This document shows, piece after piece, positions 38,077 to 46,384 of a DNA stretch of 56,288 nt. Position 1 is the first letter of the stretch. Every line of letters begins with the position of its first letter. The position numbers and the translations under genes are program-made. The DNA is from Candidatus Moraniibacteriota bacterium (GTDB lineage Bacteria > Patescibacteriota > Minisyncoccia > Moranbacterales > GCA-2747515). The stretch is taken from contig CAMZLB010000018.1 in NCBI GenBank assembly GCA_947311515.1, positions 1 through 56,288 on the forward strand, written 5' to 3'. The notes beneath the pieces are model-generated. The model made no database searches and was not told where the DNA came from. It saw nothing but the letters and a program-made list of their open reading frames with translations.

Positions 38077-40164
38077 ATGAAAAATGAAAAATCTATAGAG
38101 AAGTTACTTAAGCCACATTCTATAGCGATTGTAGGAGCTAGTGATAAGACTGGAAAAGTTGGTAATATGCTTGTCAAAAATATAGCTAATTCTAGTTATC
38201 TTGGTGAGGTTTTTTTTGTGAATAATCGGTCGCATGAGATAGAAGGTCGAGAAGTTTATAGTTCTGTTTCAGAAATTCCTAAAGATAGTGTGGATCTGGT
38301 TGTTATAGCCACACCTGCTTTTACGGTTTTGGATATAGTAGAGAGTGCATCAGAAAAATGTTCACAGTTCATTATAATAAGTGCAGGATTTGGAGAATCT
38401 ACAGAAGAGGGTCAAATTAGAGAGAAGAAACTTAATGAATTAGCAGAAGAAAAAAATCTTACAATACTTGGTCCAAATTGTTTAGGGATTTTATCACCTG
38501 AATGGGGGCTAAATGCCTCTTTTGCTCCTAGTCTGCCACCAAAGGGAGATACTGCATTTATATCACAATCAGGAGCTCTTGCTGTTGCACTCATAGATAA
38601 AGCTAAAGTTTTGAACGTCGGTTTTTCACATGTTATTAGCATTGGAAATAAGATGCATATTTCAGAGACAAATCTTATAAAATATTTTGCCAATGATAAA
38701 TCTACAAAAACTATAATTTTGTATTTGGAGAGTATTGTGGGTGGAATTGATTTCTTGGGTGCAGTTCGTGACGCTCGTTTGGCTGGAAAAAGGGTGATAA
38801 TACTTAAATCTGGAAAAAGTGATGAAGCTCAGGAGGCTATAGCACTTCATACAGGTTCTCTTACTAGTGGAGACGTAGTTACAGAGGCCGTATTCAAAAA
38901 AATGGGGATTATTAGAGCTCATACAATAAATGATATATTTGTGCTTGCATCTCTTTCTCATATATTACCAATTGGAAAGAAAATTTCAAATATAGCAGTA
39001 ATTACAAATGCAGGAGGACCTGGTGTTATAACTACAGATGAAATATCTATATGTAGAAATTTGCATCAAGCAATGCTTTCAGAAGAAAACATGAAAGAAT
39101 TATCAGAAAAATTACCAAATGCGGCATCAGTACATAATCCAATTGATTTATTAGGTGATGCAAAGCTAGGTAGATATATGGATGCAATTAAAATTTGTAT
39201 AAAAGATGAAAATATTGATGCTATCATGGTATTACTTACGCCACAAGACGGAACTCCTTCAGGTGAGGTTGCAAAATTTATAGTAGAAGAACAAAAAAAT
39301 ACAGATAAGCTTATAATAACTTCATTTATAGGAGGTGAGTCAGTGAAAAATTCACAAAAAATTCTTAGAGAAGGTAATGTATTTCATGTAGGGACTCCAA
39401 CTTGGGTTGTTGATGTGCTTAATGAATTAGTGGCAAATGATTCTTTTGAAATTCCTGAATTAAATGAAGTGAATCAAGAAGATGGCATAAACAAAAAAAC
39501 TGAAAAAATATTAAATATTTCTAGTAATGATAATAATAGGGGACTGTATTTTCATGAAGTAAAGGAGATTGCTAGAGAGTACAATATTCCAATAAGTAAG
39601 TCGTGGGATGTTACAGGAGGACTTGGAGTAGATACACATGTTGTGTATCCATGTGTTGTAAAGGTTGATAATCCGAATATTTTGCATAAATCTGATAGGG
39701 AAGGTGTAATACTTCCTATAAAGACTCCGCATGAACTAATAAAAGCTATAACATTATTAAAAAATAGATTTACAGAAAGTAATACTAAAATAATAGCTCA
39801 GCCACTTGCAAAAATTCAAATAGAATTAATTGTAGGTATGAAACAAGATCCAGTATTTGGTTCAATTGTGATAGTTGGAATTGGAGGTATTTATACTGAA
39901 ATAATAAATAAAACTGAAGTTTTTGTAACTCCTATATCAGAAGAAGAAATAGAAAAACGTATGATTACAGGGAAGTTAAGTTTCTTATTTGTTGGTGAGA
40001 GAGGACAAAGACCATATAATATTTCAGATGTGGTGGATATAGTAATGGCACTTCAGAATGTATCTATGAAAAATAAAACTATAAAAGAAATAGATATAAA
40101 TCCACTTTTAATTTATAATAATGGAACAAATCCAAATGCAGTAGATATGAAAATAGTTTTCTAG
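38077..40164 (+). CDS. acetate--CoA ligase (ADP-forming), fused alpha/beta
   Basis: SIAIVGAS, GPNCLG, SQSGAL, HTGSL, TNAGGPG, NPIDLLGDA, HKSD and EIDINPL. Confidence 0.92.
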   Translation: MKNEKSIEKLLKPHSIAIVGASDKTGKVGNMLVKNIANSSYLGEVFFVNNRSHEIEGREVYSSVSEIPKDSVDLVVIATPAFTVLDIVESASEKCSQFIIISAGFGESTEEGQIREKKLNELAEEKNLTILGPNCLGILSPEWGLNASFAPSLPPKGDTAFISQSGALAVALIDKAKVLNVGFSHVISIGNKMHISETNLIKYFANDKSTKTIILYLESIVGGIDFLGAVRDARLAGKRVIILKSGKSDEAQEAIALHTGSLTSGDVVTEAVFKKMGIIRAHTINDIFVLASLSHILPIGKKISNIAVITNAGGPGVITTDEISICRNLHQAMLSEENMKELSEKLPNAASVHNPIDLLGDAKLGRYMDAIKICIKDENIDAIMVLLTPQDGTPSGEVAKFIVEEQKNTDKLIITSFIGGESVKNSQKILREGNVFHVGTPTWVVDVLNELVANDSFEIPELNEVNQEDGINKKTEKILNISSNDNNRGLYFHEVKEIAREYNIPISKSWDVTGGLGVDTHVVYPCVVKVDNPNILHKSDREGVILPIKTPHELIKAITLLKNRFTESNTKIIAQPLAKIQIELIVGMKQDPVFGSIVIVGIGGIYTEIINKTEVFVTPISEEEIEKRMITGKLSFLFVGERGQRPYNISDVVDIVMALQNVSMKNKTIKEIDINPLLIYNNGTNPNAVDMKIVF

Positions 40165-40257
40165 TATTTTAGCTAAAATATTTCTTTTTCTGGATTTTCG
40201 TTATTTCTAATGAAAAATATAAAAATCTTAGTAAGAAGATGGGATATTATACAGACT

Positions 40258-41181
40258 CTAAGAAAACTTTTGGAAAATACTTACAACATTATTTACTTCA
40301 TTTTTTGAACCTAATACAAAACTTGCTGTTTGGTGATGATTAGTAACTTTCAAATCAAATAAAGAAATTCCATTTTCAGTTTTTGCATAACCTCCTGCGC
40401 ATTTAAGCACATATCCCAAAGGAGCTCCTTCATATAGCAATCTAAGTCTTCCATTTGGATTTTTTTCATCGGATGGATAAGTAAAAATTCCATTTTCCTT
40501 TAGTAAAATATGATTTATATCTGTCACGAGTGCTCCACTATAACGCAATTTTTTACCAGATGTAATCCAAATATCTAAAATATTCTTATAAGCCTTTGAT
40601 TTTATAGTAGCTTTTAAATTACCAGGTGCAAAAATTTTAATATCTTTATCTACTTTAAATTTATCTCTTACAAATAGAAAGTCACCAACTTCATTTAATT
40701 CAAATAAAGCCACAGTATTATCATTTATAGCAAATACAAATGTAACTCTAGGACCATAAAGTGTATAACAACTAGCTACTAAATTTTTGCCAATATTCTC
40801 ACCCATTGGGTCATTGGACCAAATTCCAAATATCGAACCAAATGTTATATTTACATCTCCTACAGAGCCTCCGTCATAAGGATCGTAGGCTACGAAATAA
40901 TCTTTAGTTGAGTTCGAATTAATTGCAAGATTTGGTTTTTCTTCGCTCGCTATAGTTTTTACTAAATTACTCTTTATAAGATGTTCATGTATTATCTTAT
41001 CCGATTCTATGTCTAGCGGGGACTGTATATCTCCTGAAGCATTTTCTCCTTCACATTTTTCTGTATCTTTCATTCTTATTTCCGCATTTACGTATTTACT
41101 AGCTCTGGCAAGTGACGTAATAATTTTTTGCAAATCTTGATTTATAGATTTTTTTTCTAAGTAACCTTCTAATGTAATCAT
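40258..41181 (-). CDS. fbp: class I fructose-1,6-bisphosphatase
   Basis: NASGD.Q..LD, ASEE, DPYDGGS, GSIFGIW, RYSGALV.D and G.LRLLYE. Confidence 0.9.
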   Translation of the reverse strand: MITLEGYLEKKSINQDLQKIITSLARASKYVNAEIRMKDTEKCEGENASGDIQSPLDIESDKIIHEHLIKSNLVKTIASEEKPNLAINSNSTKDYFVAYDPYDGGSVGDVNITFGSIFGIWSNDPMGENIGKNLVASCYTLYGPRVTFVFAINDNTVALFELNEVGDFLFVRDKFKVDKDIKIFAPGNLKATIKSKAYKNILDIWITSGKKLRYSGALVTDINHILLKENGIFTYPSDEKNPNGRLRLLYEGAPLGYVLKCAGGYAKTENGISLFDLKVTNHHQTASFVLGSKNEVNNVVSIFQKFS

Positions 41182-41218
41182 ATGTGTAAAATTAATGTAT
41201 CTATAGTATACTACAAAT

Positions 41219-42436
41219 ATGAAAGATAAAAAGAATATAAGAAAAAATAAGAAGAATTTTATATGGGGAGTTACTCAAGTTGGACAGCAGGTTGAAGGTG
41301 GTTGCTGTTCTAATAATTGGAGTACTTGGGCTAGGAGGGGTTTAGTTCCAAAATGCGGAATTGCAAATGATTATTGGAATAAATTCAGAAAGGATCATGA
41401 TTTATTGGAGGAACTTAATGTGTCAGCTTATAGAATAAGTATTGATTGGGGAAGAATTGAGGTTTTTGAAGGTCAATATGAAAAAGAGGTAATTACTCAT
41501 TATAGAAGTATTCTGTTGGATATAAAAAATAGAAATATAAAAGTAGTATTAGGCTTATGGCATTACACAGTTCCAGATTGGCTTGAACAAAATTATGGTA
41601 TGGAAGATTCAAGAGTTGTTCAAAAATTTTTAAATTTTGTGAAAGTTGTTCGTGATGAGCTGGGGGATTTAGTGGATATGGTAATTATTTTAAATGAGCC
41701 AATGGTATATATTGGCACTAGTTTCTTACTTGGCGAAAGACCACCATTCAAAAAAAATCCATTATTAGCTATTAAAGTTTTGAGAAATTTGATTAATTTT
41801 CATAAGTTATCTTATAAATTATGGAAAGAGAAGTATAATGATATTCCAGTTGGTACAGCACATTTATGGAATGATTTGGGGAGAGTACATGACACTTTTA
41901 TGGAGAAAATTGCCGTAAAAGTTTCTCAAATGTTTAGGGTTGACTATCTTATCAGAAAACTTGATTTAACTAGTGATTTCTTAGGAATTAATTATTATAC
42001 GTCGGATAAGTTAAAATTTGATGGATTCAGCAATAAAAAAGATAATAAATTTTTTGCTTTTTGCGGAACTGCTAATTGGCCTGATCCTGATGTATGGAAA
42101 GTCTTTCCAGAGGGTTTATATAGAGTATTATTGAAATCAAAAAAATATAACAAACCAATTTATGTATTGGAAAATGGAAAACCTACAGATTTAGGGAGTG
42201 ATGATAAAAATAGACAACAATTTTTGATTGATACTATTGGATATGTAGAAAAAGCAATAGATGAGGGAGTGGATGTGAGAGGGTATTTTCACTACTCACT
42301 TATAGATGCTTATGAATGGACTAGTGGGTATGATTTTAGATTCGGACTTGTGGAAATTGATAGAAAAACTCTCAAAAGACATAAGAGAAATAGTTTTTTT
42401 GTTTATAAAAATATTATTAAAAATTCTAAATTATGA
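41219..42436 (+). CDS. glycoside hydrolase family 1 (beta-glucosidase/galactosidase-like)
   Basis: F.WG....Q.EG, YR.SI.W.RI, LNEP (acid/base), ENG (nucleophile) and EW..G...RFGL. Confidence 0.93.
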   Translation: MKDKKNIRKNKKNFIWGVTQVGQQVEGGCCSNNWSTWARRGLVPKCGIANDYWNKFRKDHDLLEELNVSAYRISIDWGRIEVFEGQYEKEVITHYRSILLDIKNRNIKVVLGLWHYTVPDWLEQNYGMEDSRVVQKFLNFVKVVRDELGDLVDMVIILNEPMVYIGTSFLLGERPPFKKNPLLAIKVLRNLINFHKLSYKLWKEKYNDIPVGTAHLWNDLGRVHDTFMEKIAVKVSQMFRVDYLIRKLDLTSDFLGINYYTSDKLKFDGFSNKKDNKFFAFCGTANWPDPDVWKVFPEGLYRVLLKSKKYNKPIYVLENGKPTDLGSDDKNRQQFLIDTIGYVEKAIDEGVDVRGYFHYSLIDAYEWTSGYDFRFGLVEIDRKTLKRHKRNSFFVYKNIIKNSKL

Positions 42437-42999
42437 GTAAAATTTCAAAAAGAAGTATTTTGATATGTGATAAAAATGTGAAATATACTCTAAAGAGAAA
42501 TAAGAATCAAAAAAATATAATATTAAAGATTAGAAGTGGTGAACTTATCATTTCTACTTCAAGATACGCTCTTATTTACGTAATTGAAAAATTAATTACT
42601 GAAAAAAAAGATTGGATTATAGCTAATATAAACAAAACTAAAATTAAAAATAATATAACTATAGATAATAATGTTTTAAATTATATAAAAAAGGCAAACT
42701 TAGAGTTAATCAAAAAGAAACTTGAGTATTTTAATGATTATTATGGATTTGAATATAATAAAGTGAACATAAGACAACAAAAAACTAGGTGGGGGAGCTG
42801 TAGTTCAAATAAAAATTTAAATTTTAATATAAAAATTATTTGTCTACCGAAGAAATTACAAGATTATATTGTTGTGCATGAATTATGTCATCTAAAAGAA
42901 ATGAATCATTCACAAGATTTTTGGAATTTAGTGGAGAAGAAGATACCAAATCAAAAAGAACTTAGAAAAGAATTAAAAAAGTGTAATATATTAATGTAG
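42433..42999 (+). CDS. YgjP/DUF45 (M48-like) zinc metalloprotein
   Basis: KTRWGSCS and VVHELCHL..MNHS..FW. Confidence 0.9.
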   Translation: MSKISKRSILICDKNVKYTLKRNKNQKNIILKIRSGELIISTSRYALIYVIEKLITEKKDWIIANINKTKIKNNITIDNNVLNYIKKANLELIKKKLEYFNDYYGFEYNKVNIRQQKTRWGSCSSNKNLNFNIKIICLPKKLQDYIVVHELCHLKEMNHSQDFWNLVEKKIPNQKELRKELKKCNILM

Positions 43000-43200
43000 T
43001 AATTAAAAATAAATATAAAATTGATAATTACTTTAAAGTTACAATATTCCTAGAAAATATTTTACATAAGTATTTCAGATAGTGCATTTTAATTATTAGA
43101 GTTAAAAATAGTTTACGACAACATGGTAGGACGTGGGCTTTTACTTGTCTAGAAAGTATGGATGTTATACAATGAAATAACATAGATAAACAAATATATT

Positions 43201-43890
43201 ATGATGAATAGAGTTGTACTTGATATTGAATGTTCTGGAGTTTCTTGGGAGTCTCTCTCACACGAGTCAAAAACAAGTTTATTGAGGTACTGCAATAAAG
43301 ATGAAGAATGTAAAAAAAAAGAAAGAGAGAGTCTTGCTCTTTGGCCTGTAACTGGCAAAATTATAACTATAGCTGTGCATGATGTAGGTAGTGGAGATTC
43401 TCAAGTTTTTTTTGACTCAAGGGGTGAAATTAAGGAAGAGTATGAATTAAATAATGTAAAATATAAGTCTGGAGATGAAAAGCAAATACTTAGTTGGTTT
43501 TTTGAATATATAAAATATTCTGATCAGATTATCACATTTAGTGGACGTAGATTCGATTGTCCTTACATTATATTTCGTTCAATGCTATATGGATTGAAAC
43601 CTACATTTGATCTTATGCCAAACAGATATGGAAATAATAGAAAAGGTTACAATCCTCATTTGGATCTATCTGATCAATTATCATATTTTGGAGGAACTAG
43701 AAAGTTTAGCCTGCATTTAATTTGTGAGTCTCTTGGAATCACCTCACCAAAAGAAGGAGGGATTGACGGTTCTCAAGTGGAGAGCTTTTATAATAGAGGA
43801 GAATACAAAAAAATTGCAGAGTATTGTATGCGTGATGTATTTGCTACAGTGGAACTTATGAAAAAGTGGGATAATGTGCAGGTAAATTAA
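43201..43890 (+). CDS. DnaQ/PolB-like 3'-5' exonuclease domain protein
   Basis: ExoI LDIE, ExoII G.RFD, H.DL, and ExoIII YC..DV. Confidence 0.85.
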   Translation: MMNRVVLDIECSGVSWESLSHESKTSLLRYCNKDEECKKKERESLALWPVTGKIITIAVHDVGSGDSQVFFDSRGEIKEEYELNNVKYKSGDEKQILSWFFEYIKYSDQIITFSGRRFDCPYIIFRSMLYGLKPTFDLMPNRYGNNRKGYNPHLDLSDQLSYFGGTRKFSLHLICESLGITSPKEGGIDGSQVESFYNRGEYKKIAEYCMRDVFATVELMKKWDNVQVN

Positions 43891-43899
43891 TAGTAATTT

Positions 43900-44385
43900 A
43901 TGAAAAAGAAAGAAATATCATTGATTTTACATAATATAAGAAGTGCTCATAATGTGGGTTCTATTTTCCGTACGGCTGATGCTACTGGAGTGAATCACAT
44001 ATATTTTACAGGATACACACCAAGACCTTATAATAGCACTCTTCCTTATACTACAAAACCAGAGAGGGGAATTATAAAAACTGCTCTTGGTGCAGAAAAG
44101 TTTGTGAGTTGGTCATCTCATGATGATGTGGATAAATTAATCGGGAAATTAAAAAAAACTGATGTTTGTATAGTAGGACTTGAACAAGACAAAAGAAGTA
44201 TAAATTATTCAGAATATAGGAATTCCTCTAATATTGCTCTAATACTTGGAAATGAGCCGAATGGAATTGACAGCTCACTTCTTTCGCAATGTGATGATAT
44301 AATAGAAATACCAATGTATGGTAAAAAGCAATCATTAAATGTTTCTGTTGCAGTGGGTGTGGCACTATATGAATTAATAAAATAA
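43900..44385 (+). CDS. TrmH/SpoU family RNA methyltransferase
   Basis: NIRSAHNVGSIFRTAD, GNE..G and IPM.G.K.SLNVSVA. Confidence 0.92.
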   Translation: MKKKEISLILHNIRSAHNVGSIFRTADATGVNHIYFTGYTPRPYNSTLPYTTKPERGIIKTALGAEKFVSWSSHDDVDKLIGKLKKTDVCIVGLEQDKRSINYSEYRNSSNIALILGNEPNGIDSSLLSQCDDIIEIPMYGKKQSLNVSVAVGVALYELIK

Positions 44386-44389
44386 TATT

Positions 44390-44530
44390 ATGGCAAGTAA
44401 GGAGTTGAATGATCATGTGGAAGACTGGCTTGAAAGAACTGTTTGGATTTGGTTGCCTTTTGTGGCATTTAGAATTCTTATAAAGGATATAATAGCTAAG
44501 CACTCAAAATCCAAAGATAATGATAAATAA
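44390..44530 (+). CDS. small 46-aa protein not in the ORF track
   Basis: MASKELNDHVEDWLERTVWIWLPFVAFRILIKDIIAKHSKSKDNDK*. It starts 4 nt after the TrmH stop and fills the gap to the HAD gene. Confidence 0.65.
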   Translation: MASKELNDHVEDWLERTVWIWLPFVAFRILIKDIIAKHSKSKDNDK

Positions 44531-44545
44531 TGGTATGAAGAATAT

Positions 44546-45208
44546 ATGATTAAAACAGTAATTTTTGATATGGATGGAATCTTAATTGATTCTGTACCAC
44601 TATGGAGAAGAGCAAAGAGGGAAATTTTTTCTGAACTAGGTTTTGAAATTATTGAAGAAGAACACAATAAAACAATGGGATATACTATAACTGAAACAGT
44701 ATCTCGTTGGTTTGAATTATATCTTTTTGAGAATGTCTCAGAAAGAGAAGTGATAGAAAAAATTGAAAATCGTATCATAGAGCTAATTGAGGAGGAAGGT
44801 AAAATGATTTCTGGCATAAAAGAAGTTGTTGATTTTTGTTATAAAAATTTTGTACAAATTGGGTTAGCATCTTCTTCATCACATAAGGTTATTGATACAG
44901 TTTTAACAAAATTAAATTTTAAAAATTATTTTCAAGTTGTATGTTCTGCTCAAGATGAGAGTTTTGGTAAGCCGCATCCTGCAGTTTATATAACAGCTCT
45001 AGAGAAACTGAGAGTTAAATATTATGATTGCTTGGTTATAGAGGATTCATTTAATGGTCTACTTGCTGCAAAAGCTGCAAAAATTAAATGTATTGCAATT
45101 CCTAATGAGTTTTCAATAAGAGATGAACGATTTGTAATAGCTGATTATGTTGCAAATTCATTAGATTTTTCTTCGGATATCATTAAATATATAAAAAAGA
45201 ATGTTTGA
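44546..45208 (+). CDS. HAD-family sugar phosphatase (HxpB/YniC-like)
   Basis: FDMDGILIDS, LASSS, KPHP.VY and EDS.NG. Confidence 0.9.
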   Translation: MIKTVIFDMDGILIDSVPLWRRAKREIFSELGFEIIEEEHNKTMGYTITETVSRWFELYLFENVSEREVIEKIENRIIELIEEEGKMISGIKEVVDFCYKNFVQIGLASSSSHKVIDTVLTKLNFKNYFQVVCSAQDESFGKPHPAVYITALEKLRVKYYDCLVIEDSFNGLLAAKAAKIKCIAIPNEFSIRDERFVIADYVANSLDFSSDIIKYIKKNV

Positions 45209-45237
45209 GGCTAGAATTAATGAAAATAAATAAAAGT

Positions 45238-46377
45238 ATGAAGATAGGAATTGATGCAAGATTTTTTGGTCCAGAAAGCAAAGGATTAGGAAGATACACA
45301 AAAAAACTAATAGAGGAACTGGAAAAAATTGATGAAGAAAATGAATATATAATTTTTCTTACTAAAGACAATTATGATTTATATATTCCAAAAAATTCAA
45401 ATTTTAGAAAAGTTCTTGCAGATTATAAATGGTATTCTTGGAAGGAGCAGTTATTTATGCCCTTTAAGCTCAAAAGGGAAAAATTCGATTTTGTGCATTT
45501 TCCTCATTTTAATGTACCTTTTTTGTATAGAGATAAATTTGTTGTTACAATTCATGACTTAATCCTTCTTAAGTTTCCAACTCATGAAAATTCAACTCGC
45601 AGTAAGTTTATGTATAAGATTAAGTTCCTTATGTACAAGCGAGTTATTCATCATGCGTTGAACAAGTCTCTAAAGATTATATCAGTTTCAGAATTTACCA
45701 AAAAAGATATACTTAGACACTATTGGAATATTTCTCCAAAAAAAATAAGTATAACACATGAGGCTGGACATAAGGCACATCTTACAACAGTTCCAGAAAA
45801 AATACAAAAAGAGATATTGAGAAAAAGTAAAATAAACTTTCCTTATATGCTCTATGTTGGAAATGCATATCCTCATAAAAATTTAAATAAATTAGTTGAA
45901 TCATTTAAAATTTGGCAAAAAAAATATTCTCAATCACAAGATATGGAGCTAGTTTTGGTGGGTAGGGATGATTATTTTTATAGAAAACTTAGAAAGTTTG
46001 TAAATGAAAAAAATATTGATAATGTAAAAATATTGCACACAGTTAAGGATGATTTTTTGCAAATATTATATAGGAATGCACATTTATTTGTTTTTCCTTC
46101 ACTTTACGAAGGTTTCGGTTTACCACCTCTTGAGGCGTGTTCATATGGAACTCCGGTAGTGTCTTCAAAAGAATCATGTATGCCAGAAATATTAGGAGAT
46201 GCTGTAAAATATACAGATGTTAAGGATGAGAACAAGTTTGCTAAAAATTTAAGTGAAGTTGTGAGTGATATTGAGTTGCGAAAAAAATTATCTGAAAGAG
46301 GCTTAAAGAAAGTGAGAGAATATTCTTGGAAAAAAACTGCTAATGAAACATACGAAATTTATAAGAACATGTTATAA
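45238..46377 (+). CDS. glycosyltransferase family 4 (group 1)
   Basis: MKIGIDAR, TIHDL, PHKN and FPSLYEGFGLPPLEA. Start set at ATG 45238. Confidence 0.92.
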   Translation: MKIGIDARFFGPESKGLGRYTKKLIEELEKIDEENEYIIFLTKDNYDLYIPKNSNFRKVLADYKWYSWKEQLFMPFKLKREKFDFVHFPHFNVPFLYRDKFVVTIHDLILLKFPTHENSTRSKFMYKIKFLMYKRVIHHALNKSLKIISVSEFTKKDILRHYWNISPKKISITHEAGHKAHLTTVPEKIQKEILRKSKINFPYMLYVGNAYPHKNLNKLVESFKIWQKKYSQSQDMELVLVGRDDYFYRKLRKFVNEKNIDNVKILHTVKDDFLQILYRNAHLFVFPSLYEGFGLPPLEACSYGTPVVSSKESCMPEILGDAVKYTDVKDENKFAKNLSEVVSDIELRKKLSERGLKKVREYSWKKTANETYEIYKNML

Positions 46378-46384
46378 TACATAA

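Noticed and set aside
43110-43140. GC-richer intergenic patch with possible hairpin (AGTTTACG/CGTGGGCT)
   Set aside because: The short stem relies on three G-U pairs and no riboswitch or ncRNA motif was recognised.
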